From: Octopus vulgaris
Taxonomy: Eukaryota
Direction of reading: 5' to 3'
Assembly (NCBI GenBank): GCA_951406725.2
Contig: OX597835.1
Coordinates: 49,600,001-49,664,000 of the forward strand
DNA: 64,000 nucleotides
The position numbers and the translations under genes were made by a program. Numbering within the stretch: the first letter of the stretch is position 1; every line of letters starts with the position of its first letter. The notes below the pieces were generated by a model. The model was not told where the DNA came from and did no database searches. It saw only the letters and a program-made list of their open reading frames with translations. This document shows, piece after piece, positions 43,141 to 58,208 of this stretch.

Positions 43141-45216
43141 TCTGCTCACTCCTTTTCCCTTCCTCCTTCTCCTCCACCTGCTCCTTTTCTCCCTGTCAAT
43201 GCTACCCCCACATCGCACCACTCCATCATGCTCCCCTTTACGACCTTCCACCTCCACCCTGATATATCAATCTCTATTTGACGACCCAAAGTGACCCACA
43301 GTTAATTTTTATTTACTTTTTTTTGTTCCTTTTCCAATACTGACTTCTACCACCACCATTTCTACCACCCCCACAGTCGTCTTTAACTCCTTTCAACATC
43401 ACCACCATCACACGTTATCGCCGCCATGACCTGTATCGCCCGCACCACCACCAACTCCATCACTACCATCGCCTTCGTCATTACAACCAAAGACTCCAAC
43501 ACAGGAACCTCTGCGTGGTCGTTTGACCCGCTAGAAATAGCAGTCAAATCACCCTCACCGACTTCTTAAAATAACGGATCCATTTGATAATGTGATCTGG
43601 AGTGGAAAAGCTGATTAGATGGTCATAACCGGAACGCTATTGATGAGAGCTTGCCAAAGGTTAAATAACAATATAACTGCCACTAGATCCATCCGCCATC
43701 TCGCATGAAATCGGCCACAAAACACAACGCCATCACCAATCTCACCGCTACTACACTACGTGTCTCTACCATCACCTGTAATTACAGTACCACCCGTAAC
43801 TCTACCCATAGCTACTGCACCCCTCGTTATTACACTACCACTATTACTATCACGATCCCTAGGGCCGCGCCAACTAATACATCTGTTTCTTGTTCCCTCG
43901 CCTGTCTTCGTCTTTTGTTCTTTGAAATTTGAACCATTATATACACACGTTAATATCGCACAGGGTGAACGAGTGCTCAACACCGCACTGAACACGGATA
44001 AATAGTCTTTACTTGGGGGCTAACCACTCTACCATTAGTTTCATGTTAAGAACTTTACCTCTCTTTATAATTTTCAAGTCTATTGCATGAGACGTTGATG
44101 TTCGTCACCATCTTGAATAAAAAACAGAACGCGATAAAATATTGTGTGTGTGTTTATATCTTAGTTGTTGCAGACAAATGACTGCGGTCATGCTGGGGCA
44201 ACGGCTCGAAGGGTGTAGTCGAACAAATCGACCCCAAGACATATCCATGTCTTGTACTTATTCTATCGAACTTTAGTTGGAGTCGTACAGATGACTTCAG
44301 CTGTGAACACGATGCTGTTTCTGTTGCCGTTAAAGATAGTGGTATTGGTGGTGGTGGTGGTGGTGGTGGTGGTGGCGGTGGTGGTGGTGGTGGTGGCGGT
44401 GTGGTGGTGGTGGCGGTGGTGGTGGTTGTAGGAGTAGTGGTTGCGGTGAAGTGCAGTTTACAAAAACTCGTAAACAAAAAAAAAACCTGCCTCTGCATGA
44501 CAAGAGAAAGTTCCTTATTTTAGAATATGGTTACTTTAATATCTGGTGAAATTTTAAAATCTCTCTCTATATATATATTGTTATGTGAGAGTATAGGCGC
44601 ATACATACATGCATATGTACCTATACCCGTACATGCTTGCATGTGTGAGTATAACACACACACACACTCACACACACTCACATATAAATGCATGTTTATA
44701 TCTTTCAAATAAATTTCACATATGCGTACATAAATATATATATATGTGTGTATGTATGTGTGTAAATGTGAGTATATGTGTGTGTGTGTGTATATACACG
44801 CACATACGTTTATATACATATGCACGTGTGGCTCTGTGTGTGTATACGTGCGTACACGTTTAGAAAAAACTTCATTTTTTAAATATATTTCAAGCAATCT
44901 GTCCAGTAATTGAAATTACAGCAGGATTAGTTTGTGAAGATTTCTCTACAAAACTTCGAAATAAAAATAATAGCTATAAACAAACAAAAAGATAAATAAA
45001 TAAATAGAAATATATTTTTAAAACTAGTAAGAAAACGATGATGGACGGAAGGAGAGAAGGAAGGAAGGCAGGAAAGAAAGAAATTCCGGCTGATGGGGGA
45101 AAGAAACAAGCTTGGAATTGTGGAAAATAATGCAGTGTAGGGGTCGGAAGAAAGGACGTGGCTTTCAGGAAATGAGTCTAATATAAAGGAGAGAAAGGAG
45201 AAAGGAGAGTGAGGTG

Positions 45217-45279
<63 letters not shown>

Positions 45280-45526
45280 AGAATTAATGCTTGTGAATGA
45301 AATGACAGTGAATGAGATAGGAAAACGAAAACAATCACACACATACATATAGATATTACGTGTGTGTGTGTGTGTGAGTGTGTGTGTGAGTGTGTGTGCG
45401 CGCGATTGGTGTTTGCGATGTGTCCCAGAGTACAGGCCTCGTTCTGAAATCAAAATATCATAACATCACGTGATCACTTTACTCTATCCACGTTTTTGGA
45501 TTATTTCAAACATAATTTTTATAGCA

Positions 45527-45606
<80 letters not shown>

Positions 45607-46311
45607 CACTACTACCACTACTACTACTACTACTAACACCACCACTACCACCGCCATTATTATTCCTTTATTTATCTATTTATATATTTGATGTTTGTTC
45701 TGTGTCGATGCTGAGTTTCGTGTTGATGTTCTTGTTGCTGTAGTCATTTCGATTAATCCTTTTTTTTTATTCTTATATTTCTTGTATGGTAAATTATTTT
45801 TGTTTGTGAGTTGTTTCTTAATTTTTTATTGTTCTTGTTTTCTTTTTTTTTTTTTGTTGCTTAAAAAACGAAACTTTATCTTTTTTCCCTGAAATTGTTT
45901 GTATGTATGTATGTATATGTGTGTGTGTCTGCATGTGTTTCTATAATTGAGTGTGTGAGTGTGTGTGTGTGTGCGTGTGTGTGTGCGTGTTAGTGTGTTT
46001 GTATATGTTCTTGTATGAGTATGCTTTCATCAAACCAAAAGTTTAAAATCGGAAACAACCTACAACTATACAAGCAGCATACGCATGCGCATACACTCGA
46101 TCGCATACATTTACTTATATTCGTCTCTTTCCCAATATGTGTCTGTCTGCGCATGCGTGTGTTCACTCCCCCACACGCACATATTTATATATACGTATGT
46201 AAGTATATCTATAGACATTTGAATGAGTTTAAATCGATTTCTAAAAACTGGATGGTGTGTATTCGTATGCGAATATATATACATGTGTGTGTGTATAATA
46301 CTCAAGCGTAG

Positions 46312-46522
<211 letters not shown>

Positions 46523-46915
46523 TTATAGAGAGAGAGGGAAGAGAGATACATATATATATTTATATATATGTATATATATATATACAGAGAGAGAGAGAGA
46601 GAAAGAGAGAGAACAATATAAGATCTGTATCGATATGTATTTGTGTGTGTGTATGTATGTGAGAGTTTCTGTATGTATATAGATTTTATATAGCACTTCT
46701 ACGGTCAAGCTACAGATATAAAAAGTCAAAGAGTGCAGGATTCCATATCTCCTGCCAAATCTATAGAACTAAATCGAAACACACACACATACAAACACAC
46801 AGACCGACTAATACCACTGTGGAAGAAGTAACCTGCAAGAAATAGCAATCAATTTTCTCTCAATTTACAGAGAAAAGAAACGATGTCAGTATGCAAGCGT
46901 ATCATCTATGTATGC

Positions 46916-46952
<37 letters not shown>

Positions 46953-46979
46953 TGCTTGCGTTATAACACCCCCCTCTCC

Positions 46980-47160
46980 TACCGCCTGATAACCGATATG
47001 GGTATATTTTTGTCTCCGATCTATCAGTTCAACAAAAAAGACCGATAGAATATGTACAAGGCGTAAATAGAAACGCGAGCATTAGGTTCAGTTTGTTCGG
47101 CTAAAATTCTCCTAGGCTGTGTGCTAACATGGCCGCAGTTGAATGATCGAAACAGGGTAA
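46980..47160 (+). mobile_element. SINE 3' module C, decayed
   Basis: Contains agaccgatagaat...catggccgcagttgaatga. Confidence 0.6.
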
Positions 47161-47217
47161 ATGTAAGATAGCGCGCGCGTGTGTGTGCGAAGAAACTCCC
47201 TTCGATCATGAATGACT

Positions 47218-47452
47218 ATCGGATTGCACCTAGAAAGTTCCCCTCCGAGGCACGAGTCCGGGAAACCTTGGTTCATGGAACGGCAAAGGCTTGGCACCAG
47301 TGACACTGCAATTCCTTTCTACAGATGAATGAACTGGACCAATGTGAAATACAGTGTTTTGCTCCTCAAAAACACAACACACAGCCTGATCCGGGAATCG
47401 AACTCTCTACCTCCTAATTGAGAGACCGACTCTCTAACCGCTGAACCATGCG
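47218..47452 (-). mobile_element. tRNA-derived SINE family E
   Basis: Homologous to 50730-51035 (ggattgcacctagaaag...ggcaccagtgac...aacacaacac). Confidence 0.75.
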
Positions 47453-47481
47453 GCTTGACAGACAGACAGACAGACAGACAA

Positions 47482-47621
<140 letters not shown>

Positions 47622-47631
47622 GCAGACAGGC

Positions 47632-47715
<84 letters not shown>

Positions 47716-48009
47716 CCGATTCAAATTTTAAACTTCGTGCCAAATAAACGAGGATCCGATCGACCAGTGGATTCCCGTCAGCTGAATTAGAGTCGTGGTT
47801 GCTATTGCAAAGATGGCGACGCTACTGTTGTCATGGACCTGGTAATATTTAGTATGAATGTCAGTCGGCGATCTAGTTGAATCGTTAGCACACGTTATTT
47901 TTTACTTGGTTCGGTCTTTGGACTACGGCTATGCTGGAGCACTACAATTCAATGGCTTAAGTTAACAGGGAGACCAGTGTATATTTCAGTTTAATATTTA
48001 GTTTTTCGA

Positions 48010-48226
48010 AGGCAGCGAACTGGCCGAAGCGTTACCGCTTCGAGCAAAATGCTTAGCGGCATTTCGTTTGCCCTTATATTCTGAGTTCAAATGCAGCCAA
48101 GGTCAACTTTGCTTTTCAACTTTTCAGGGTGGATAAAATAAGTACCAATTGAAAACTGGGGACGATCTAATCGATTTTAACCCCTGCTCTGAAATTGGTC
48201 TCCTTGTGCCAAAATTTGAAACCAGT
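48010..48226 (+). mobile_element. SINE family A, near full length
   Basis: aggcagcgaactggc...ttctgagttcaaatg...ataaaataagtacca...ccttgtgccaaaatttgaaacc. Confidence 0.82.
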
Positions 48227-48687
48227 ATTAAGTGCGAATGTTACATGTCAGTCAGGAACTTGGTAATGCAATTTGGTTTTATAATTTACATCATTAAATA
48301 ACTAACAATTATTCATTGTTAATGAAACGTACGTAAAATGATGATACAACTAAATACCTTGCAAATAATTTATATATATATATATATATATATAATGAAT
48401 CAGATTAAGGAAAACAGAGAATACATATACATACATTAATCGAAGTGCACAGTATTATATATCTATTACGGTCGATCTTACCAATCGGTTTCACACTAGT
48501 GATTCAACAAAGTGCTAAGTAACAGTCCGATTGTGTAAGTCTGCGCTCTGAAGAGCGCATGGTCAGATGTGTTCTTTATTGATGAACAAAAAAGGCTTCT
48601 TCAAGTGAACTGAAAGTAAAATTAACAATAGAACATAATGCAAATTGACTCTCCCATCTAGGGTATATATATACAGATATATATATC

Positions 48688-48761
<74 letters not shown>

Positions 48762-49127
48762 ATATATGCACACACACACATACATAGTGCGTGTCCATGA
48801 TGAAAAGCCAGATCAGTTGCGGCATTTCTTTGGAGATATCTCTTATGGACGCAATACACATTTAGCTCCCTCACCTCCGCTGCTGGAAACCGAGTGAAGC
48901 CCGGACCTTTTATGCCTTGCGACTTATGACAGATCTAAGTTTAGCCATACACAGACACTGCAATGATCTCTGTCCTTCTATTTTAATTACTGCTAGGCAA
49001 TGATTCGCGGATGATTTGTGTATAATTTCTACCCAGTCAAAGGAAGAGCGAATGAGGAGTTTCTATCGTTGGTATGTGAAGAGAGGGTTCATTGAACCTC
49101 TGCGTGCGTGCGTGCGTGTGCGTGCAT

Positions 49128-49245
49128 GTCTGTGTGCGTGTATGTGTGTACGTGCGTGCATGTGTGTACGTGCGTGCATGTGTGTACGTGCGTGAATGTG
49201 TGTACGTGCGTGCATGTGTGTACGTGCGTGCATGTGTGTACGTGC
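49128..49245. repeat. 18-bp minisatellite (tgtgtgtacgtgcgtgca), about 6 copies
   Basis: Direct reading. Explains the RTYTHA repeat in ORF 49037-49303. Confidence 0.9.
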
Positions 49246-49527
49246 GCGTGTGTTCGTTGCACCACTTGCCACACTTTAACAAAGCTGGTAACATACAGTA
49301 CAATAATATGGCGTTGATAACGCACGCTTTCTATGGCGGCTGCAATGTGTTTGTGTATCTGTTTGGTTTTCTATTTATTTTCCAAACGCCATTCATTGCT
49401 GATTATGTTCTCGGGTTATTTCTTTTAAATTTCTGATGTATCATATGTGTGTACACAAGAAGCGGTGTTTACACATCAATATTTGTTTATATATAACAAT
49501 ACATACATACATACATACATACATACA

Positions 49528-49631
<104 letters not shown>

Positions 49632-50327
49632 CATACATATACAGAGAGAGAGAGAGAACGGTTCTTTTGAAGAAAAAATGTGCAGCGTATTTGTGATGCG
49701 TGTGTGCGTATATATGTGTATGTGTGTTTGTGTGTGTGTATGTATGTATAATGTAGAATAAATAAATAGGAGAAAAGAGAGAAAGAAAACAGAAAGAAAG
49801 TAAGATCGAACGAAAAGAAGTAAAGAAAAAATACGACAGCGTATCAAAAGATTTGAAAAGAAAAAATAACAGAAAGAAACCTTTAAAAAAAAATGACAAA
49901 AAAAAAACAACGAAAACATTATCAGGAACAACATGAAGAGAAACAACAGCAGTAACTGTAAAAAACGGATACTCACACACACACACACATATATATATAT
50001 ATAAGAATATATTGTGAATGTTTATATTAGGGTTACATCAAAATTTTTATTGGCTATTTTATTTATCTATTCATACGATATCCATCCCTATGCCAGCGAA
50101 CATCAACACACACACACACACACACACCTACACACACCTTTAGAAAATACATCAGAAATATGTCAATAATTCTTTTTAATCTTCACAAACCATATTTCTA
50201 CTTGATTTTTCAGCTTGATTTTTATGTTTTGTGCGGGAACACCTTGTGTGTGTGTGTGTGTGTATTTGTATTTAATAATAATCAGCAGGTTAGTGTGTGT
50301 ATGTGTGCGTTTGCGCGCGTGTGTACC

Positions 50328-50413
<86 letters not shown>

Positions 50414-50482
50414 CTGATTTTTAAGCTTGTGTGCTATATGTATAAATCTTCGTATGAATATGTGCCTGTGAACCTATATGCA

Positions 50483-50550
<68 letters not shown>

Positions 50551-50668
50551 CATGTGCTTTAACTACAGCATCAGAGACTTTTAGCAATGTAGGTGCTCTA
50601 ACACCCTCGGCATATTTAGTGACAATTATAGCGTTCGTTTTTGGTAACCCATTGCTCACGATTGTCTA

Positions 50669-50729
<61 letters not shown>

Positions 50730-50730
<1 letters not shown>

Positions 50731-51035
50731 TGCGGATTGCACCTAGAAAGCAACCCTCCGAGGCACAACTCTGGGCAAGGTTGTTTATGGAAGACTAGCA
50801 GTCGCCCATGCATACCAGCCTCCCCTCTCCACGCCACCGATGTTGTCCAAGGGAAAGGCAAAGGGGTCGATACAGATTGGCACCAGTGACGTCGCAACTC
50901 ATTTCTACAGCTGAGTGAACTGGAGCAACGTGAAATAAAATGTCTTGCTCAAGAACACAACACGCAGCCCGGTCTAGGATTCGAACTCACAACCTCACGG
51001 TCGTAAGCTCGACGCTCTAACCACTGAGCCATGAG
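50730..51035 (-). mobile_element. tRNA-derived SINE family E, near full length
   Basis: Minus-strand head TGGCTCAGTGGttagagcg...GAGTTCGAATCC has clear A and B boxes. The body is shared with 47218-47452. Confidence 0.85.
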
Positions 51036-51303
51036 ACCATTTACATGATTGATTGATTGATTGATTGATTGATTCTATATATATATTGGCTATTTCTTTT
51101 TCAATGCCAATCTTTCAATCATCCAGACAATCAATCACCCAAATTAATACACCTTTAGATCGATAGATAGATATATAGAAAGATAGATACAGATAGATAG
51201 ATCGATAGAAGGATAGATAGATAGATCGATAGAAGGATAGAAGGATAGATAGATAGATAGATACACAGACAGACAGACAGACAGACAGGTAGATAGATCG
51301 ATC

Positions 51304-51345
<42 letters not shown>

Positions 51346-51373
51346 CAGACAGACTGACAGACAGGAAGGTAGG

Positions 51374-51436
<63 letters not shown>

Positions 51437-51526
51437 GCAGGCAGACAGACAGACAGACAGACAGATAGGCAGGCAGGCAGACAGGCAAACTGACAGACAG
51501 ACAGATAGACAGACAGACAGACAGAC

Positions 51527-51583
<57 letters not shown>

Positions 51584-51850
51584 TGAACGTATGCGTGCGT
51601 GTGTTTGTGTTGTGCGCAGTTTTTCATTTGTACATGCATTTATTTATATATTTATGCTTTTTCTACATATTTTTCTCTTTTTTTTTTACTTCTTCCACCA
51701 CCGCCACCACCATCACCATTGCTACTGCCACCACTACCAATATCTACAAATGCTGCACCCCTACTACCAACAACTGCTACCGCCACCTTCTATTTTCATC
51801 ACCACCTCTTCTCACTGAAATCTACCATCATCTGCTCCGGAACGCTGCAG

Positions 51851-51971
51851 GTCGCTGTTTCAACGGTGGTCTCCATAGATGGACCTTTACTCACAGTTTC
51901 GGACAATATGTTTGTGCACAATAACTCAAAGCATGGCCGTAGAGCCAGGCGACTAGATCCAACAGAAGGAG
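51851..51971 (+). CDS. coe: COE/Collier/EBF, next coding exon (121 bp; end of the DNA-binding domain and basic linker before the IPT/TIG domain)
   Basis: Translates [40 protein letters not shown] plus 1 nt. [21 protein letters not shown] is a COE-family hallmark. Acceptor ctgcag| (AG 51849-51850), donor gag|gtaagc (GT 51972-51973). The phase-0 start joins the upstream exon in frame (...RRFQ|VAVS...). Confidence 0.97.
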
Positions 51972-54388
51972 GTAAGCGGCCATTTTGTTTCACATTTTAA
52001 AGATATATAATTTTTCTATATATTTCTACTTTTTCTTTGAATTCTCTCTTCTTGTATTTATCGAAATATCGATCTACACATTTATAACCGATCTACAAGG
52101 TATGCCATTCCATGTGCCAATCAGGAAGCCTCTATGTAATTCGTTAACATGCTGGGCATAGAAACAAAATCCTACCCGAATAAAACAAAGAAGGGTGTCA
52201 TGAATCTTTATCGTAGAAAAGGACATATTAAATAGTTGTGAATATATTTAAAAAAGATTTAGTCAAAGGGAGGATGGGATGTATGATTCCTTTTTAGCAC
52301 TTCTGTGACTGATGAGATTAAATCGTCGATCGAGATCTGGTTTCTATGCTTGGAACAGAACGAAGCCACCGTTGAAGGCATCCATTATCAACAACGTTTC
52401 TAATATCAACAATAGCGACTGCAGTTATGCATCGTAACAAAATCGATAACATCACAACAGCACCACGAACGCCGCCGCAACTGCACAGCAAACTCAACAA
52501 CCGCACAACACAACAACCACAACATCCTCACAATGCCATATGACCATAATGTTACAACATAAGTGCAACTCAACGCTAAAACAACATAACTACACATACG
52601 ATCAATATAACATCTGCACAGATGCACAACACAAGGCAGAAAATATCAACAAACAACCACAGACGGTTATTGCTGCTGCACAAATGTACAATACAAATCG
52701 AAGACATCGATAGCGCGATAACATAAAGACTGCATAGCCACTGCCGCATCAACACAAGGTATATGGTAGTGTAGAGCCACAACAGCACAACATAAGCACC
52801 ACAACAGCCTTACAATTGCATGGCAGATGCAGGAGGCCATAACTGCAACCACCAAAAGAAATATACAGACTTAATAACATATACAACAACAACAAGATCA
52901 ACAACATAAGCACACTGACCAGCACAAATTGAGTCATAAATGCAGCCTCAGCTGCAGCAATTTAACATCTACCGTTAAACAATCAACAGAATTACCGACC
53001 ATATCCAGTCCACAATAGCCAAATGCCGATACACAACACACAATATCGTAAGCTTCGATAAAACCAGGAGCCGAACCGACCAAAACCGCTAAAATTAAAA
53101 GCCTAAATCAGCAATTAACCAGAAGCATGTAAACCGTCGAACTGGCAGCTAATGACTAATGGAAGCTACATGTTTGATTGTATGTGTTACGGTTGTAAAC
53201 TTCACGACTCCAACTATGATATTGCTCATACGAAACTGATACATATCCACTGCTCATCGTACACTTCAAACAATCGTAATACATCAAACAAAACAAAACT
53301 AAGTGGTAATACATGGGTGATCATTGCATTCGTACTCTTGAGAGAAGCCCACAAAAGGTAAAAGAGTAATTATAGAAGTAATACTCATAACATAGTGCAA
53401 TGGTAACATAAATATACAACGGCTGTGCCCCAGTATGGCCACAGTCCTCGGACTGAAACATAAAGTGTATACATACACTCACACATACTCACACAGCGTT
53501 TCTATGCACAAGCAGCCACTCACATAGCTAAAACTGTTCACAAATACAAACTATACAACCACCTACGTACACAAGTATTTTAAAAACAAATTTGCATAAC
53601 ATAATATACGTGGCTATAATATAAACGTGTGTGTGTGTGCGTGCGTGTCTCTATGTATACACACACACATACATTGTTCGGTTCCCCATCGTTACAGTTT
53701 GTTTTGTCTCTTCGCAAAAAGAAAATTACTTTGCTTCAGTTCTGTACTTCAGCGGATGTTTGTGTATACGCATGCTCCTGAATGTTTCTCAGCCGGAAGT
53801 TTCTGAAATATTAGCGATGAACAAAAATGTTCCATTACCAACCAACATGATCATATTCAGGTGCTGTTTGTGGGTTTCTAGTTCCGTTCTTTGTGTTTAT
53901 CCGTGTTTGTGTCTGTCTGTGCGAATATGTGTGTTTCCACCCCGCACCAACAAATCTTCAATAGAAGAGAGAAACCAATAGACAAACATAAGAATAAAGC
54001 AAAGTATATGAGTGTGAAGTTGGGGTGGGTGACGGGTGGTTAGATCTTGTTGGAAGAAAGAGAAGTGTTCAGCTTGTAGACATATTTATTTGTGCTTCAA
54101 AGATGATGTTTTGTATACACGAACATTTCGATTCCCCACTCTCGCTCTCGGTGTCACTGTGACTCTGTGTGTGTGTGTGGAGATGTATATTTGTATATGC
54201 GTCTGCATTTTTATATGTATATGTATGTGTGAATATGTGCGTGTATGTGTGTGTGTATATATATATAAATATATATATATATATACTGCCACCCCCCCAC
54301 ACTTTTCCTTTCATATTTCTTATTAACACTATTATTGTTGTTATTGCTATTTATGTCTATTATTATTATAATCCTATATGTATATGTG

Positions 54389-54433
<45 letters not shown>

Positions 54434-54746
54434 ATACATACATATATATATATATATCAAGGAGAGGAATCATTCTTCTATTATTACTTATTTCTTTAAC
54501 TGTTATTATTATTATTATTATCACTATTATTATTGCTACTGTAATGGTGGAAAACTTAAATTATTATTATTGTTGTTGTTGTTGTTGTTATTAATGTTGG
54601 CTATCAGATGGTATATTTTTTCTTTCGTATATCGTATTTACTGTGGAGCTGAAGTAATTTCTAAAGGTGTTGTGAAAATAATATTCCTCTCACACTATTC
54701 TGTGTGGGACAATATTGTAAACACCACCAGTGAAATAATGTCATTA

Positions 54747-54816
<70 letters not shown>

Positions 54817-55309
54817 CACACATACAGTCACTCACACGCACACAAGTATCTCAACACGGTTGAATTTACAAATATGTCTACTTACAAATAAGTTTACGGA
54901 CAAGTTGAAAAAAACTCTCTATATGAATTGGAGTGTTTATTTTATTTCTATACGTATATATGTACGTCTGTGTGTGTTTGTATATATGTGTACGTCTGTG
55001 TGTGTTTGTATATATGTGTACGTCTGTGTGTGTGCGTGTATTATTTTGGCTCAGGCCACTTTCACCCACCATTACTCAGCTTCTTCTTTAGTGGCATTCC
55101 CGAGACAAGGATATGTAATAACAGATGTACTCAACAGAAAACACGACATAAACTTCAAGTGTCGGCACAGGATTAAAAACTACTGAATTTTTTCAAATCC
55201 ATTGACATGGACTTTTCTGAGAGATATAGATCATTGTCTGGCCAAAATAACTGCTGGTCGAACTCAACGAATAAACTTATCTTTTCCCCCATAACAAGCC
55301 CAAGACATT

Positions 55310-55517
55310 CACTATCCAAGCACCAGTCTCAAAATTCTAATTGTCTCCAACAGAGCAGTCTTGGGGGTTTGCTCTCATGTCAATTTCGATTTCTCTCACA
55401 TATTAGTGCTCCGAGCGCCCCTACTGGAACGACAAACACTCTCCTCATAATCCACATTCTGCAATTTCGTCTTTTAGTAGTCTGTACTTATCAATCTTTT
55501 CTAGGTCTTTGTCACTT
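55310..55517 (-). mobile_element. R4/Dong-like LINE endonuclease C-terminal fragment
   Basis: LEKIDKYRLLKDEIA...VPVGALG...KTALLETIRILRLVLG*. Its 5' junction is the (TAA)n run at 55518-55557. Confidence 0.75.
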
Positions 55518-55557
55518 ATTATTATTATTATTATTATTATTAATATTATTATTATTA

Positions 55558-56652
55558 GCATCTTCCAGTTCTGTTTCCTGCCGAGTGTCTTCCTGATACC
55601 TAGGACAGAGAAACGTACTGTATACATTTGTAGGCCATTAAAATTCACCAGATTGTTCATTTACAAAGTCATATGATAGAGAAAAAGGAGAAGAAAGACA
55701 GAGAGAAAAAAACGAAACAAATAAAAAAGGAAAACGTAAACAAATAAAATAAAGGGGGAAAGGAAAAAAATTCCCAGTGACAATGCTCTTCTCACTACGT
55801 GTGACCAGTTACCAGTTAAGGCAATCTTCTGCACTTCCTGCATGAAAAGTAAGCCAGGGATCATTCTTATATAATTTTCTGTTGCTTTTTTTTTTTTTTT
55901 GATCGTTCTAACCGTCTTGAGATGTCACATCTTTTGATTTCGATTAGCAAACCTTTAATTTTTCTGAGCTTATCAGATTCTTTTGCCGAGATGGTCACAG
56001 GCTTTGCTCCTCATGTCAATCAATAAACAGACTTTATTGTTTTGATCTTTCACAAAGTTTATTTACTTTGATGGTCCGGTCTGCACTGGGATGTCCCAAA
56101 GAATCGTTACATTTTCTCCCTCAGTTACAGCCTCAGGGTGGTGCTGTACCATTTGTCAGTAGATTTGAAATTATTATGTCGACACATTATCCAACGTAAA
56201 TATTGGCCAACTCTGTCATGTCTTGATTTATACTCTACAGGTGTTAAAACCTTACACCCAGAGTTTAGGTGGTCACTGTTTCAATGCCATCTTTGCTGTA
56301 TTAGCAATTTGGGTCCACTCCATTTTTCATCACATTGGCTTGATAGTTCCGGGTCAATAAGCTCTGATCTTCGGCAACCAAGATAATGCTTTCACCCTCT
56401 GCCTTTAACTCTGAGCTCCGTAGCCACTGATGGGTGTGGTTTTGGTCTACATCCGCTTGTTTGCTACATGCCACATATTTGCCATGCAGAGGTTTTTCTT
56501 CCCACCTATCAGCCAGTCGTTCAAATGCATTCTGCTGTTGGTTTCACCTTCTGTGCAGCTACAGTTGCCGCACTTCCATCATCCTGTTCAACCTGGGTTT
56601 TGTGCAGAAACTCACCAGCAAATTTTTAGTGCTCCTTCATAACAGAATGAAG
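55558..56652 (-). mobile_element. 5'-truncated decayed R4/Dong-like LINE (linker, knuckle remnant, RLE, 3' UTR)
   Basis: WEEKPLHGKY, QWLRSSELKAEGESIILVAEDQSL, HDRVGQYLRWIMCRH, PEAVTEGENVTILWDIPVQT and QEVQKIALTG...VVRRALSL are colinear with ORFs 387-875 and 118-357. Flanked by (TAA)n-type runs on both sides. Confidence 0.88.
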
Positions 56653-56674
56653 CTTCTTCTTCTTCTTCTTCTTC

Positions 56675-56750
<76 letters not shown>

Positions 56751-56807
56751 TAACTACTATTACTATTGCTACTGGTATGTGTGTGTGCACATGTATGTAT
56801 GTATATG

Positions 56808-56872
<65 letters not shown>

Positions 56873-56996
56873 CTGTGTGTATATATACATACACGTATAA
56901 TATGTATACATACAGATACGATAGATAGATAGACAGACAGACAGACAGATAGACAGATAGACAGATAGATAGATAGATAGATACATAGATAGATAC

Positions 56997-57239
<243 letters not shown>

Positions 57240-57538
57240 TACAATCCGTTATGATATTCGTGAACGTGCTTGCTCTATATTTTGGTACGCACTTCGCAGA
57301 AGTTGAGTCTCCACTGCAAAGAAACAAGCATACATCTTCTACCTTTCCTTCACCTTTTTTCTTTTTGTTTTAGTTTTATTTTAGTTTTCCTTTTTTTTTC
57401 TTTCTGTTTTTGGTAATTGAAATGAAAGTGATATTTATAAATGAAAAATCCCAAGTTTGTTATCAGCCAGAGTATCAAATATATTTATTACTTCGCTCTT
57501 ATTGCACTATTGTGCCAACAATACAACAAAGAACAATG

Positions 57539-57595
<57 letters not shown>

Positions 57596-57641
57596 GACAA
57601 AAATATTAATAAGTAAAATTGTTTATATATATATATATATA

Positions 57642-57676
<35 letters not shown>

Positions 57677-57987
57677 AAACGCTACTACGCTCGTTACATT
57701 TATTCGGCTAAGCCGTTCGTTGCACGTTTGTTTCTGGTTATCATTGTCAATATTCGTATTCTTATGTTGTTGTTGTTTATGCTGTTGTGGCTGTGGTTGT
57801 ACTTGTTGTTGTCGTTGTTGCTGTCTTCGTGTATAACTACACGTTATACTACCACTAATCCCAATACTAACACTCAGCCTACAACAACAACTATTAGCAT
57901 CGTTGCTTTCTTCTCTTAGGTTTTAGTTCTACTGCTTGTAATATTAGTAGTATCAGTGAGAAGACTCCAACTACTGTTACTACTACG

Positions 57988-58036
57988 CTTATTATTATTA
58001 TTATTATTATCATTATTATTATTATTATTATTATTA

Positions 58037-58115
<79 letters not shown>

Positions 58116-58147
58116 TATTATTATCATTATTATTAATATTATTATTA

Positions 58148-58178
<31 letters not shown>

Positions 58179-58208
58179 CATCATCATCATTATTATGATT
58201 ATTATTAT
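57988..58208. repeat. (TTA)n microsatellite
   Basis: Direct reading. Similar runs at 25390-25510 and 60740-60900. Confidence 0.95.

Noticed and set aside
50960-51035. tRNA gene on the minus strand (also 4360-4432)
   Set aside because: A and B boxes are present, but there is no good acceptor stem or T-run terminator and the sequence runs into a SINE body.
51599-52000. Whole 133-aa ORF with a poly-Pro N-terminus
   Set aside because: Homology starts exactly at the acceptor (51851) and ends at the donor (51971).
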